Source: a virus
Direction: 5' to 3' (one strand)
Length of the DNA stretch: 64,000 nt
IMG/VR virus record: IMGVR_UViG_3300045988_183667
The notes under the pieces are model-generated. The model had not been told where the DNA came from. It saw only the letters and a program-made list of their open reading frames with translations, and ran no database searches. Below are positions 1 through 9,578 of this stretch, one piece after another; within the stretch, counting starts at the first letter, position 1, and each line of letters opens with the position of its first letter. Made by a program: the position numbers and the translations under genes.

Positions 1-92
1 GACGGATCTCATCCCATTCGGATCTTTTGAGCGTCATGTCAAATTTCCTTGAAGGTCTTTCATTGACAACTTCGATCATAATGGTTCCTCCT

Positions 93-311
93 TTACTGCA
101 GTTCTGGCGGTACAGGTTCCATGTTGTCAGTATATACTCTCACGTTGCCGTATACCTCTTCTTTATGTGTCAACATTCCAATCGGACGGCTGTGGTCATA
201 TTCTTCGTCCGGGAAGGCGGTCCGGCAGGACTTGCAGCCACAGACATAGCCGGTAAGACGTGTGCCGGTTTTTACATCTTCCGCTGTTACGAGCAGGTCT
301 GTAATCTTCAT
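93..311 (-). CDS. hypothetical small Cys-containing protein (72 aa)
   Basis: Complete ORF in a co-directional minus-strand array; a GGAG-like RBS lies upstream on the reverse strand; C-x-C-K-S-C motif. Confidence 0.4.
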   Translation of the reverse strand: MKITDLLVTAEDVKTGTRLTGYVCGCKSCRTAFPDEEYDHSRPIGMLTHKEEVYGNVRVYTDNMEPVPPELQ

Positions 312-329
312 GGATAATTCTCCTTCCCA

Positions 330-1019
330 TCAGATTTTGATGGCATCAAAATAGCTGTCAATATCGTTCAAGACGACAGCAGGGTTCTCATACGAATGTT
401 CAAAGTGGGCAACAACCAGTCCTTTGTTGTTCGCAATGTCTGCGTAAATTTCCGGCTGTTCTCTTATAAGTCTTGCGATCGTATGCCGCTGGCTTGTTGT
501 TGGACGTTTTGCCAGTTCGAAGCCATTGTTAAACAGACGGATGTTTCCGTAGTTGACAAACTGTACCATACCGGCATAAGAACAGGAACCGATAGGGCAC
601 AGGTCAGATTCTTTGTCCGGGTCAATTTCTAATACATGGGAAATCTCCCTGTGGTCGGTGTCACGGTTGTAGCCCTGTACGGACATGTTAAGAAGTCTGC
701 CGTCGGTTAAGATATAGCCGGCGAGCTTAAAGTTCTTAGTGATACCAAAATAGTCGATTGCATTCTGGATGCCCGTCTTAATCTGTTCCTCACTGTATTC
801 ACTCATATCTTGCATCTGCCCGAAGACCTTAAGGACTTCCCGGCTCTGGTCCGGCTGTAAGTAGATCGGCTTGCTGAAATATTCGATGACCGATTCTATA
901 TCCGGCATTCCGTAACCAAGATAGTTGATCCGGTAAAAGATTTTCTCCCAGGTATCATGGGAAATCCCATAAAGATCCGTGAACATGATGCAGCCTTTTT
1001 CATTTTTTACAAACTGCAT
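330..1019 (-). CDS. hypothetical protein (229 aa)
   Basis: Long ORF, tightly packed with its neighbours (ends 3 nt before the next start); no recognisable motif. Confidence 0.55.
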   Translation of the reverse strand: MQFVKNEKGCIMFTDLYGISHDTWEKIFYRINYLGYGMPDIESVIEYFSKPIYLQPDQSREVLKVFGQMQDMSEYSEEQIKTGIQNAIDYFGITKNFKLAGYILTDGRLLNMSVQGYNRDTDHREISHVLEIDPDKESDLCPIGSCSYAGMVQFVNYGNIRLFNNGFELAKRPTTSQRHTIARLIREQPEIYADIANNKGLVVAHFEHSYENPAVVLNDIDSYFDAIKI

Positions 1020-1022
1020 AAG

Positions 1023-1238
1023 TTACCTCCGTACATCAATATCTTCCACAGTCGGATGCATTCCGGTCTCTGCGTCATGATACAGGATGGCACATACATA
1101 ATGTGAGGTATAGACGTTTGCGTGGCTGGAACATGATATCTGGTCAACAGCGTGCCCTTCTTCAATAAAATCGTTGATCTGATTTTGAAGTTTGACAATA
1201 TTGTCAACATCAAATATTTTCACTTTCTGCATACTCAC
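1023..1238 (-). CDS. hypothetical protein (71 aa)
   Basis: ORF whose stop is coupled to the start of the downstream gene. Confidence 0.45.
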   Translation of the reverse strand: MSMQKVKIFDVDNIVKLQNQINDFIEEGHAVDQISCSSHANVYTSHYVCAILYHDAETGMHPTVEDIDVRR

Positions 1239-1429
1239 GCCTCCTCAATCCACACCCATTGGGCAAAATCAATAGAAAGAAGTTTGCCGGTGTCAAGGTT
1301 TACCGCATTGCGGTAATTTACAGGACTGTCGGTCTTGATCCGGACTTCTTCGGTCTTCATGATATTTTCGTCCCATTCGGTCTTGCATTTTCCGCCGACG
1401 GGTACGGTTTCAAATCTTACACGTTTCAT
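1235..1429 (-). CDS. hypothetical protein (~64 aa; start moved to internal Met MKRVRFE)
   Basis: An AAGGAGAA RBS sits 6 nt upstream of the internal ATG at 1429, immediately after the stop of the upstream gene (1431). Confidence 0.45.
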   Translation of the reverse strand: MKRVRFETVPVGGKCKTEWDENIMKTEEVRIKTDSPVNYRNAVNLDTGKLLSIDFAQWVWIEEA

Positions 1430-1430
1430 A

Positions 1431-1793
1431 TCATTCTCCTTTATACCGGTAAAGAATATAGACGTTATGGTAGAACGCATCCCAGCGGATCTTTACGTTT
1501 TCGATACGCTCGTCCACAGGATCATCTACCAGGATCGTATCATAGATCGGAATAGGATTGCCGGATTCCAAGCTGTCAAAGGCGGTCTCTTTTGCGTTTA
1601 GTACCTTATTGGTTTCTGTAATAACAGCGTGGGAATCAAAGGTAATACCGACGCTGGCACATACAAGAAACATCATTACGGTGATGATGAAGCATATGTT
1701 TCGCAGCATTTTTCTGGTGTTTAAAAACTGCATGCCGAGCAGGCAGATCACGACCGGAGTGATACCGGCAAGTTTTATGATGTTTATGTCCAT
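1431..1793 (-). CDS. small membrane protein (2 predicted TM)
   Basis: Hydrophobic segments LAGITPVVICLLG and ICFIITVMMFLVCASVGI. Confidence 0.5.
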   Translation of the reverse strand: MDINIIKLAGITPVVICLLGMQFLNTRKMLRNICFIITVMMFLVCASVGITFDSHAVITETNKVLNAKETAFDSLESGNPIPIYDTILVDDPVDERIENVKIRWDAFYHNVYILYRYKGE

Positions 1794-1808
1794 TTCTGGT
1801 TCCTCCTG

Positions 1809-2111
1809 TCAGACACGCTGGATACACTGGGTCTTGCCAAGCATGACAATGTTGTCAAGCGTATCAGCTGTTACGATCCGGATTTTTATGTCAGGGTCAT
1901 TTTTATATATAGACAGCATGTTGTCCATCTTTTCATGGTATTTTTCATAGCCATGCTGTGTAAACCATGCTTTGGTTTCGATGTCAGGATTTTTTTCATA
2001 ATATTTTGGCTCACGGAGACAGTACCATTTACGGCGCTGGTCCGGGTCAAATATCTGGAAGACACCGATCCATTCATCGGGTTCTATTTTTGCTTCGTAT
2101 CTGTAATACAT
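1809..2111 (-). CDS. hypothetical protein (100 aa)
   Basis: Complete ORF in the minus array. Confidence 0.5.
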   Translation of the reverse strand: MYYRYEAKIEPDEWIGVFQIFDPDQRRKWYCLREPKYYEKNPDIETKAWFTQHGYEKYHEKMDNMLSIYKNDPDIKIRIVTADTLDNIVMLGKTQCIQRV

Positions 2112-2138
2112 GATGTCTTCCTTTCCGGCGTTCGGGTC

Positions 2139-2579
2139 TTAATAATACGGACATTCGTCCTGGTATTCTTTTCTGTGCTGCGCAGTACGTTCTTTCCATA
2201 GTTTTGTCTGTTCCTGTAAGTCGTCTGCATAGTCTTTCATCCAGCATGGGATAACATTGAGATTTAATGTGTATTCGTTGATGCCGGAATAGTCAATTGT
2301 TTTGCGGCAGCGGGAACATTCTGTTTCGATCCATCCGATAACGAGACATTCTGAAACATTGAGGAGGTTCCCTACAATTTTGCCGCATTCAGGACAACTC
2401 ATCAGTCCGGCGCCGGTCCCTCTGCCAAATCTCGGCTTAATCTTGCCGGTATATTTTTGTACATCCTCGATGGGCGTCGGGTTGTCAAATCTGATCTGGT
2501 GTGTCATAGGGATACCTCCTGTTTTTAATTTAGATATAATCTCCCCGTTTGGAGAGCCAGATGTCCTCTTCGATCTCAT
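2139..2579 (-). CDS. zinc-ribbon protein (CPECG...CSRC)
   Basis: Four-Cys pattern CPECG-x18-CSRC; the true start may be the internal Met MTHQIRF. Confidence 0.45.
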   Translation of the reverse strand: MRSKRTSGSPNGEIISKLKTGGIPMTHQIRFDNPTPIEDVQKYTGKIKPRFGRGTGAGLMSCPECGKIVGNLLNVSECLVIGWIETECSRCRKTIDYSGINEYTLNLNVIPCWMKDYADDLQEQTKLWKERTAQHRKEYQDECPYY

Positions 2580-2823
2580 CGCAGGTTTTCAAGCTGCGCT
2601 TGCACATTTCTTCACAAATCATTCCATATGCCTTTTTTACCACAGGTTCGGGTTCGATGTACCCGATTTTTCTGTCGGCTTCCATGGAATGATAGAAATC
2701 CTGATTCATTTCGATCAAAGCATCGTTATCTGCAGTAGCGATTTTATTTCTGACATTTTCAAGGAACGCAGCATCTTTGCGTTCCTTTCTTTTTCTGAAA
2801 AAGTTTCTGATATAGTGAGACAT
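2530..2823 (-). CDS. hypothetical protein (start moved to internal Met MSHYIRN)
   Basis: An AAAGGAA RBS precedes the internal ATG at 2823, which removes the 122-nt overlap with the upstream gene. Confidence 0.4.
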   Translation of the reverse strand: MSHYIRNFFRKRKERKDAAFLENVRNKIATADNDALIEMNQDFYHSMEADRKIGYIEPEPVVKKAYGMICEEMCKRSLKTCDEIEEDIWLSKRGDYI

Positions 2824-2839
2824 GTTGTTCCTTTCCGGC

Positions 2840-3544
2840 TCACACCTGACTCCAGCAGTCGTTATATGCAGCATAGGCTGCTTTGGTTCCGTTTTCATTT
2901 GCACCGCCACGGATAACGGCTCCGTTGCGATATACAACTTCTCCGGTGTTGCTGCCTTCATCTTCGTCGGCCCATTTGATCATAATATTCCTGTCAGGAT
3001 ACATTTCGGAGAGTTTTTCCATGATGGGAAGCGGAGCCGACCATGCAGTCTTGAACGACACGGTATCACTGTCAACTTTATTTCCACCAAGGGCATTCCA
3101 TTTGGTACCCCAGTTGTCAACACACCATTTGTACCATGTGGCTGCACCATATTTCTTGTAATTATCGACGTAGATCTGGCCCATGGCAAACATCTTGTCT
3201 TTTTCAATTGTGGTTGTTTTGTAGGCCCATTCCTGTGTACGGGTATAGACCTCCTGCAGCCAGTTTTTGGAAAACATGTTCTCAACAAGGGCATCTGCAA
3301 TTGTCTTATCATCCGGGTTTAAGCATCTGATCGGAATGGTGCAGTGATCTGTCAGGAAATAGACAACAGCCATTTCTGTACGGGAGCCACTCTCCACATT
3401 AAGGGATTCCGGCATCGGGATGATCTTGTTGAAATCAAAATAATTTTTGCCATCCTGTTCTGTGAACAATGGCAGGTCTGCGATACCTTTCATTTTTACG
3501 ACATTTGCAACATAATTAGGCAATTTTTTCTCCTCCATTTTCAT
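2840..3544 (-). CDS. conserved plasmid/phage-type protein with Trp-rich motif (WYKWCVDNWGTKWNA)
   Basis: 234-aa ORF; its W-x-W-G-T-K-W-N motif echoes TAWGDNRGTW in the acidic protein at 10558..11154, so the two may be distant paralogs. Confidence 0.55.
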   Translation of the reverse strand: MKMEEKKLPNYVANVVKMKGIADLPLFTEQDGKNYFDFNKIIPMPESLNVESGSRTEMAVVYFLTDHCTIPIRCLNPDDKTIADALVENMFSKNWLQEVYTRTQEWAYKTTTIEKDKMFAMGQIYVDNYKKYGAATWYKWCVDNWGTKWNALGGNKVDSDTVSFKTAWSAPLPIMEKLSEMYPDRNIMIKWADEDEGSNTGEVVYRNGAVIRGGANENGTKAAYAAYNDCWSQV

Positions 3545-4184
3545 CTGATTTTTTCGGCAGTTCGCCGGTGCGGTATTTCATTTCCAATTCAAGCATTTCC
3601 AGTACAGCATAAATGTCTGTGATGTCGTTTGCATATTCCGCAATATCTTTGATACCGGGTTTTGGAAATTCAATGCCGGCTATTCTTTTCTGGTACGTGC
3701 GGATTCTATCTTCAGCCTTTGCAATGCATTCCTTTAACAATTTGTTTGGAATGTAGACCTCTTCTTTGCCGATGATCACGTTACAGGGTCCTTTGAAATA
3801 CTCTTCACGGGCGTCTTCAAGCTTTACGGCAAGGTCATGATCCGGCATAATGAAAGGATTGCAGTAGATATTGTCAAACCACAGGGTAAATTTCGGTCTG
3901 GAATATGGCTTTGTCTTATCACGCTCCACCCAGATCTTTATCATGGCATAGTTGATTGTGTTTTCAACCGCATTCGGGAAAGCCAGCCTGCTTCCCCAGC
4001 CGTTCTGTTTTTCCGGCGGTGTAGGAATATCATAACGGATCGGGAAGAACAGGTGTCCATCACTGGGTGTATTGACACGGATTTTGCCTTCATGTCCGAA
4101 TACGGTATTGAAACCGTTGATGATTTCGTGCAGGTTTCTAAGTCTTGTACTGTTTGCAGTACTTTCTGTTTCCGGCATAATCAT
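3516..4184 (-). CDS. hypothetical protein (start at internal MIMPETE)
   Basis: An AAAGGAG RBS lies 5 nt upstream of the ATG at 4184. Confidence 0.5.
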   Translation of the reverse strand: MIMPETESTANSTRLRNLHEIINGFNTVFGHEGKIRVNTPSDGHLFFPIRYDIPTPPEKQNGWGSRLAFPNAVENTINYAMIKIWVERDKTKPYSRPKFTLWFDNIYCNPFIMPDHDLAVKLEDAREEYFKGPCNVIIGKEEVYIPNKLLKECIAKAEDRIRTYQKRIAGIEFPKPGIKDIAEYANDITDIYAVLEMLELEMKYRTGELPKKSDENGGEKIA

Positions 4185-4194
4185 TGCTCCTTTC

Positions 4195-4383
4195 TTAAAA
4201 TTGTGACCGTGTGGTGATCTTAAGGACGTTTCCTTCAATGTCCCAGCTCTTTACGGGGAAGTATCCCCACTTTTCCACGGCAGCCTGTTTTGAATTGAAC
4301 CGGTGCGTGGAAAAGTCGTGGGCATCATAGATTTTGATATGATTGTTACCCTGGAAATTTTCCAAAAAATCTTTGATTTTCAT
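4195..4383 (-). CDS. small hypothetical protein (62 aa)
   Basis: Short ORF that fills the gap in the array. Confidence 0.35.
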   Translation of the reverse strand: MKIKDFLENFQGNNHIKIYDAHDFSTHRFNSKQAAVEKWGYFPVKSWDIEGNVLKITTRSQF

Positions 4384-4418
4384 GATGTTTTCTCCTCATA
4401 TTTTGTGAATGCAATTGT

Positions 4419-4958
4419 TTACACGCTGCTTTTATCTTTGCCGGTGACTTTCATATAAATTTCAAACAGCTCGGAATAGCGCATGTTTTTGTTTCTGCCA
4501 TACAACGGATTGGCATAGTCCAGTCCTTTGTAACCTGCTTTTTCAAGCGCAGCAAACATCCTGCGAACCTTATGTTCGTGGCGTAGGACGTCATCATTTC
4601 TTTCCAGTGCAGTATAGGATAGTCCGAACATCTGCATGAACTTATCCGTACAGGAATCGTGATTGTTGGCAACAGATACACAGTATTCACCGATGTCTGC
4701 AAGAGTCGGGTCAACCATGTCAGGGCCTGTTGCAGGTGCGGTCAGGAATTCTTTGATAACACGGTCGCTGTTTAACCGCTGGATAGTTGTGGAACTGCTG
4801 TTGCTGCCGGCAATCGGGAAGCCGCAGTCGGTCACATCATGATCCGGAGCAGATGTTCCATCATACATATTTTTATCCAGTATGGACTTTTCAAAGATCC
4901 ACCGGTATTCATGTCCGTGGACGGATTGTGTTACTCCATAATAAATTTCAGAAGACAT
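4419..4958 (-). CDS. hypothetical protein (179 aa)
   Basis: Complete ORF in the minus array. Confidence 0.5.
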   Translation of the reverse strand: MSSEIYYGVTQSVHGHEYRWIFEKSILDKNMYDGTSAPDHDVTDCGFPIAGSNSSSTTIQRLNSDRVIKEFLTAPATGPDMVDPTLADIGEYCVSVANNHDSCTDKFMQMFGLSYTALERNDDVLRHEHKVRRMFAALEKAGYKGLDYANPLYGRNKNMRYSELFEIYMKVTGKDKSSV

Positions 4959-4972
4959 GATATTTCTCCTTT

Positions 4973-5974
4973 TTATTCAAATGAGATCTCCTCTGTAAAA
5001 TCCTCGATGGGATCATTGTATCTAAGAATGCAATTGACAGCAGGATGTTTTTCTTTAAGTTCTGACAGTTTTTCCTGGCATCTTTCCAGAGTGTTACAGA
5101 TGCGTGACTGGAATGCCGGTGCGTCAGCGTTGCATGCACAGGTATCATTGCATGGTGAGCTGTGTTTCTTACAGTGCATTTTAAAATCAAATGCTGTGAA
5201 AGTTCCGGCAGTACCTGCATGAACGATGACATTGATGTGTCTTTTTACGGGTGCCGCGTAGCGTAGGCGTTCCAGTTTGAAATCTACGTGGATCAGGGAC
5301 TCATCCTTTTCATCGCAGGAGAACAGGATGAGGATTGGCAGGTTGTTGGTCCCGTCAGTGAGGTTCTGATAGATACCTGCTTTCATTACATAACCATGGA
5401 ATTCGTCCAGGTCGTATCTGTCAACACATTTCACAATAGTTCCAAAATCATTGCTTTGTATACCGAACAGTTCTTCGCTGACATGGAACATGTAGTCCTG
5501 CATGGCACGATGAATGAATTTCATACGCATCAGCGGCATATGCTCTATATGCAGCAGCAGATTGTCGGTCAGTTCCAGCAGGTGTTCAGATTGATCATGG
5601 ATAAGCGTACGGATTTCCTGCAAAGCTTTGTACAGCTTTGTTTCTGTGGGAATATCACTGTCTTCGTACAGCATGGCATTGCAAAAGACATCATCGTTAT
5701 TTTCCAAGAAGTAGCCGGTGCAGCCTGTGATAAATGCTGTGTCTATGCTGACAGCTTTTGCATACGCAAGGGCGAGGATACGCTCTCCTTCATTCTGTGA
5801 CATTTCAGCGCTGTCATACTCAGGAATTTCGTCACATCCTGTGATGTCTGTCAGGTTATTGATGCTTTCTTCCAGGCTGTAACACATATCTTCAAAGCAG
5901 ATTACCCGCTCGATATAAGCAAGAGCTTTGCCGGCGGCAAGCTGTTCTTTCGTGAAATCTTTTTCTGTGAGCAT
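4973..5974 (-). CDS. hypothetical protein (333 aa), Cys-rich C-terminal segment
   Basis: Long ORF; the C-terminal C-x-C cluster (HCKKHSSPCNDTCACN) may bind metal. Confidence 0.55.
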   Translation of the reverse strand: MLTEKDFTKEQLAAGKALAYIERVICFEDMCYSLEESINNLTDITGCDEIPEYDSAEMSQNEGERILALAYAKAVSIDTAFITGCTGYFLENNDDVFCNAMLYEDSDIPTETKLYKALQEIRTLIHDQSEHLLELTDNLLLHIEHMPLMRMKFIHRAMQDYMFHVSEELFGIQSNDFGTIVKCVDRYDLDEFHGYVMKAGIYQNLTDGTNNLPILILFSCDEKDESLIHVDFKLERLRYAAPVKRHINVIVHAGTAGTFTAFDFKMHCKKHSSPCNDTCACNADAPAFQSRICNTLERCQEKLSELKEKHPAVNCILRYNDPIEDFTEEISFE

Positions 5975-5976
5975 GG

Positions 5977-6375
5977 TCAGCTCTCCTTTCCTGAATTCTT
6001 ATATTTTCTCCATGCATCCTGCAAGATACGGTATATTCCCGGATAGTTTCCGGCAAGCAGGTGCAGGATCTCGTTGTAGTCTTTTACAGGGATCAGTCCT
6101 TCGCAGATGTTGCAGTAAAGACTGTATGCAGCATAGTGGATGCAGTTTTGTTCCTGTGTAAAATTCATGTCATGAAACTCGGAACAATTTCCGCACATAA
6201 AGTGCAGGTGAATGGTATCGCACATGATTGCATCTGTGGCGCGGCTACGTTTTATGACGTTTTCTTTCTTTTTCACATAGCGTTCCAGCTGGTGTCTGAT
6301 CCGTTCTATTTCGTGCAGTTTTTGGAAAGCGTGTTTCTTATCATCACACAGTCCGTAACATTCCAGTCTTTTCAT
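5977..6375 (-). CDS. Cys/His-rich putative zinc-binding protein
   Basis: Several C/H clusters (CDTIHLHFMCGNCSEFH, CNIC). Confidence 0.5.
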   Translation of the reverse strand: MKRLECYGLCDDKKHAFQKLHEIERIRHQLERYVKKKENVIKRSRATDAIMCDTIHLHFMCGNCSEFHDMNFTQEQNCIHYAAYSLYCNICEGLIPVKDYNEILHLLAGNYPGIYRILQDAWRKYKNSGKES

Positions 6376-6416
6376 GTGGTTTCACCTGCTTTCTGAATAG
6401 GACGCCGTGTAAGTTG

Positions 6417-6869
6417 TTAATAGTCAATTGGTTCCAAATCATCGAATACGTTTGGAATAAAGATTCCGATCCAGAAGTTTCTCTGGTATCTTTTATGAAA
6501 TTTAACAAAATCATTCCAGTCTTCAATCGTATAAGCGAGATTCTTTTCCAGAAGACCATACTCATTATAACAGTTTTCATCGTTAAGCTGTGCTATGATG
6601 TATTCACGGTCAACTTTATATCTTCTGGCTTTTTCCTTTACAATGGAATGATTGCCAAGAATGATGACGAACATAGATACAACGGCTATGGTGCTTACGA
6701 AAGCTATGACAATACCCGCAGATTTGATACCGGAATTACCGTATCTGTATACAAATTTCTTGAATTTATTCTCAGAACAATACCAAGCATGGTTGCCGTT
6801 ACCTATCTGTCCGACAATAACAAGCAGGATACCCATGATACATGTAATGACAAATAACCAGAACAGCAT
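6417..6869 (-). CDS. membrane protein (2 TM)
   Basis: An N-terminal and a central hydrophobic helix. Confidence 0.5.
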   Translation of the reverse strand: MLFWLFVITCIMGILLVIVGQIGNGNHAWYCSENKFKKFVYRYGNSGIKSAGIVIAFVSTIAVVSMFVIILGNHSIVKEKARRYKVDREYIIAQLNDENCYNEYGLLEKNLAYTIEDWNDFVKFHKRYQRNFWIGIFIPNVFDDLEPIDY

Positions 6870-6895
6870 GATTTTTTACCTCGTTTCTATGATGT

Positions 6896-7633
6896 TCAGC
6901 CTGTCCATCCACCTGTGTTTGTACGGAGACAGTATCTGAAGTTTTCTTTGATCAGTTTATAGACCGTTATACGGATATCATAAAGGTCATCTTTTTCGTA
7001 TAACGGCAGCATCTGGTACAGACGTTTTACGGGTTTTGCATAATTGTAGCCGGGAACATACTCATCACAGAAGGAATAATCGCCGGAATCGCCGATGTTT
7101 CGTAAGATCCGGCATTTCTCTTCTTTTGTCATATCCGTGTATTTTAGTCTCGGAATGACGGGAATGATGCATTCTCCGTAGGTTTTGATGTCCTCTTTTA
7201 ACTCTTTTGCAAGTTCCGGGTCATTTTTCCACTCAGAACCGGGCGTGTAATATCTCGCACACATCGTGCAGAAATAGGACAGGCAGCTCATGTAATTTTC
7301 ACGGAGTCCGTCAAGCACTTCCTGTGACGGTGTGTGTTTGTATTTCTTGGAGATATACTTTGCCGGTATCGGCTGTTCTGTGCTGTACTCATCCGAGCCT
7401 TCAGTGTCATCCGTAAGTGTTACAGGAAAGTCCTTTGGGAGATTGACACGGATGACTCTGTCTGCGCCGAGTAGGATGCACCAGGCATCAATGCTTTTCT
7501 GGGAGCACAGGCTGATTCTTGGTGCGCGGCTGTCATTGATAGACTGTGAGTTTTCGCCGTAAGATGGTCTCAAGCCTTCGTTGCAGATGTCTGCAACATG
7601 TTCCGGCTTGGTGATATGATAATATGTTGTCAT
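6896..7633 (-). CDS. hypothetical protein (245 aa)
   Basis: Long ORF, Cys-containing. Confidence 0.55.
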   Translation of the reverse strand: MTTYYHITKPEHVADICNEGLRPSYGENSQSINDSRAPRISLCSQKSIDAWCILLGADRVIRVNLPKDFPVTLTDDTEGSDEYSTEQPIPAKYISKKYKHTPSQEVLDGLRENYMSCLSYFCTMCARYYTPGSEWKNDPELAKELKEDIKTYGECIIPVIPRLKYTDMTKEEKCRILRNIGDSGDYSFCDEYVPGYNYAKPVKRLYQMLPLYEKDDLYDIRITVYKLIKENFRYCLRTNTGGWTG

Positions 7634-7650
7634 AGTTTTTTCCTTTCTCG

Positions 7651-8091
7651 TCAGAAACCGAAGGACATGAGCTTTGCAAGTTTTGCATGGGCAGCTTCTT
7701 CTGAAACAAGCAGCTCGTTGAAGCTCTTTACAGGAATGGCATTTCCGAGCCAGTTGATCAGTGTGCAGATTTCGTCTGTTGTGAATTTGGCACCTGTCAT
7801 GCGATCATAGTCAGCAAATCCTGTGATGGTGTCAAATGTGATCATCACGAGATTTTTAGCCATTTCTGTGAAACCGGCATGAATATAACGGTCATGCATG
7901 GTATCATAAGTGCTCTTGATAGCATCTGCCGATCCGTAACGGTGCAGTGTCAGTATATCATCCGGATCCTTTGTGATGTCAAGGATGACGGCCGGATTTT
8001 CAATCATGCAGCCATTAAAGCCATAGATACTGCCATACTGTACTTTGCATGGTCCATTCCTGTGAAGTTCTTTGTTTTCTGTATGTGTCAT
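7651..8091 (-). CDS. hypothetical protein (146 aa)
   Basis: Complete ORF. Confidence 0.5.
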   Translation of the reverse strand: MTHTENKELHRNGPCKVQYGSIYGFNGCMIENPAVILDITKDPDDILTLHRYGSADAIKSTYDTMHDRYIHAGFTEMAKNLVMITFDTITGFADYDRMTGAKFTTDEICTLINWLGNAIPVKSFNELLVSEEAAHAKLAKLMSFGF

Positions 8092-8215
8092 GATGCGTCT
8101 TCCTCCTCATTTTCCAAAATTTTATGTAATATATCAGGGTCTTCTGTGTAAACTTCCTCGCACTGTACTTCACAGTCGAAGGAATCCCAGTAATTGCCCA
8201 TAAAGATCACTCCTT

Positions 8216-8494
8216 TTACAATAAGAGTCCTGCAAACTCAGGGTTCTCTGCAAATATCTGATGTGCCTGCGACACTTTTGACATTGTGTCTTCGTTAGCT
8301 TTGTCAAAATGTGCAAGGCACTTTTCTTTCTTAGCAATAAGTTCTTTATTGTCGGGATCTGCAGCAATTTTTGCATCAAAGTCTGCTGCCAGTTTCCGTC
8401 TGTTTGACTTCACTTCATTTTCCAGACGGATGATGGATGTTGCCCACAAAATGTGCATCAGTACGCCACCTTCTTTAAAATCCATATTATCCAT
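8216..8494 (-). CDS. hypothetical protein (start at MDNMDFKEGG)
   Basis: An AAGAGGAG RBS is embedded just upstream of the internal ATG. Confidence 0.45.
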   Translation of the reverse strand: MDNMDFKEGGVLMHILWATSIIRLENEVKSNRRKLAADFDAKIAADPDNKELIAKKEKCLAHFDKANEDTMSKVSQAHQIFAENPEFAGLLL

Positions 8495-8550
8495 GTTATC
8501 TTTTCTCCTCTTAACAATCAACTGACATTAGTTTCGTATAAATGAAATTG

Positions 8551-8587
8551 TGGTAATCGTTAGATTACCACCATGCGTATACGCATG
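8551..8587. promoter_or_regulatory. two adjacent perfect palindromes TGGTAATC-gtta-GATTACCA and CATGCGTATACGCATG in a 113-bp gap
   Basis: Read directly from the sequence: 8551..8570 and 8572..8587. They lie upstream (minus sense) of the 8494 gene start. Confidence 0.5.
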
Positions 8588-8633
8588 AAAAACTGCCCCG
8601 GCAGAGAAAATGTCTCCACCAGGGCAGTCTGTT

Positions 8634-9143
8634 CTACTGTGTGTTCTCAGAATATCCCATGATCTTGTCATAAGAGTATTTGGTATTCTTGACAAATTTG
8701 ATCGGATATTTTAACATTTCCTGCTCCCAGTTGTAGGTAGCAAGCATGATGCCGACTTCCCGTTTGCGGGATGGGTCTGCCAGCTCACATTTTCCGGCAA
8801 GGTAATCTCTTGCATGGAGTACCCACGGGATTTCATTGTCAAGGTACTGCAGCCGGAATCCATCTGTTTTGCCGGCTGTCAGAAGGTCAGCCCGTTCTGT
8901 ACATTTCATGGCAATGTGCTTGTCCATGACAGCGAGTGTTTCCGGTGTACCACGGTTCCAGTCTACGACCAGTTCCAATACGTCTTTTCCGCAAATGATG
9001 CCGTAACCGTCATAGCAGTCTTCTTTCAAGAATGTACCATCGGGCAGGGCGAGTACGACAGGTTTCCTGCCGTCATAGTCCATGCTTTCATGCGCAGGCG
9101 CTTTCTTTTTGATGCAGGCATAAGTGTATGTCCAGAAGCCCAT
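8634..9143 (-). CDS. hypothetical protein (169 aa)
   Basis: Complete ORF. Confidence 0.5.
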   Translation of the reverse strand: MGFWTYTYACIKKKAPAHESMDYDGRKPVVLALPDGTFLKEDCYDGYGIICGKDVLELVVDWNRGTPETLAVMDKHIAMKCTERADLLTAGKTDGFRLQYLDNEIPWVLHARDYLAGKCELADPSRKREVGIMLATYNWEQEMLKYPIKFVKNTKYSYDKIMGYSENTQ

Positions 9144-9146
9144 TGC

Positions 9147-9563
9147 TTACACCTCCCATGTAATGTCATAATATTCGCCAAGGTCGGCCTCTTTAAAGGC
9201 GTCCTTTTCAAAGATCACTTTACGGGAAGGATCCATGACATCATAGAGCGTAAGCTCGATGTTCTTTACTGCCTGTCCTTCCACGTAAGAGTCCTCATCA
9301 CCCTGTAAGAACAGGTCTGTGACAACAGCTCCTTCCAGTTCTTCAAGGGTTGCTCCTTCAGGAATGTCTTCCAGTTCACCTTCCCTGCATTCAATGACAA
9401 CAGTGTTGTCAATAACACCTACACCATAGGAATTAAAATCGAAGGTATATTTCTTTCCGTCTTTTACGAGCGTGATCGTACCAACATAGATGGACTCTTT
9501 TGCCGGCGGCTTTACCATGGTCATTGCGATGACGGCTCTTAAGACAACGTCTTTCAATAACAT
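9147..9563 (-). CDS. acidic hypothetical protein (138 aa)
   Basis: ORF with a D/E-rich C-terminal half. Confidence 0.5.
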   Translation of the reverse strand: MLLKDVVLRAVIAMTMVKPPAKESIYVGTITLVKDGKKYTFDFNSYGVGVIDNTVVIECREGELEDIPEGATLEELEGAVVTDLFLQGDEDSYVEGQAVKNIELTLYDVMDPSRKVIFEKDAFKEADLGEYYDITWEV

Positions 9564-9578
9564 ATTGTTTCCTCCTTA

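Noticed and set aside
2302-3322. Plus-strand ORFs (204 and 166 aa) in the first array
   Set aside because: They are antisense to tightly coupled minus-strand genes and have no RBS.
5288-5800. 170-aa plus-strand ORF
   Set aside because: It is antisense to the 333-aa minus-strand gene.
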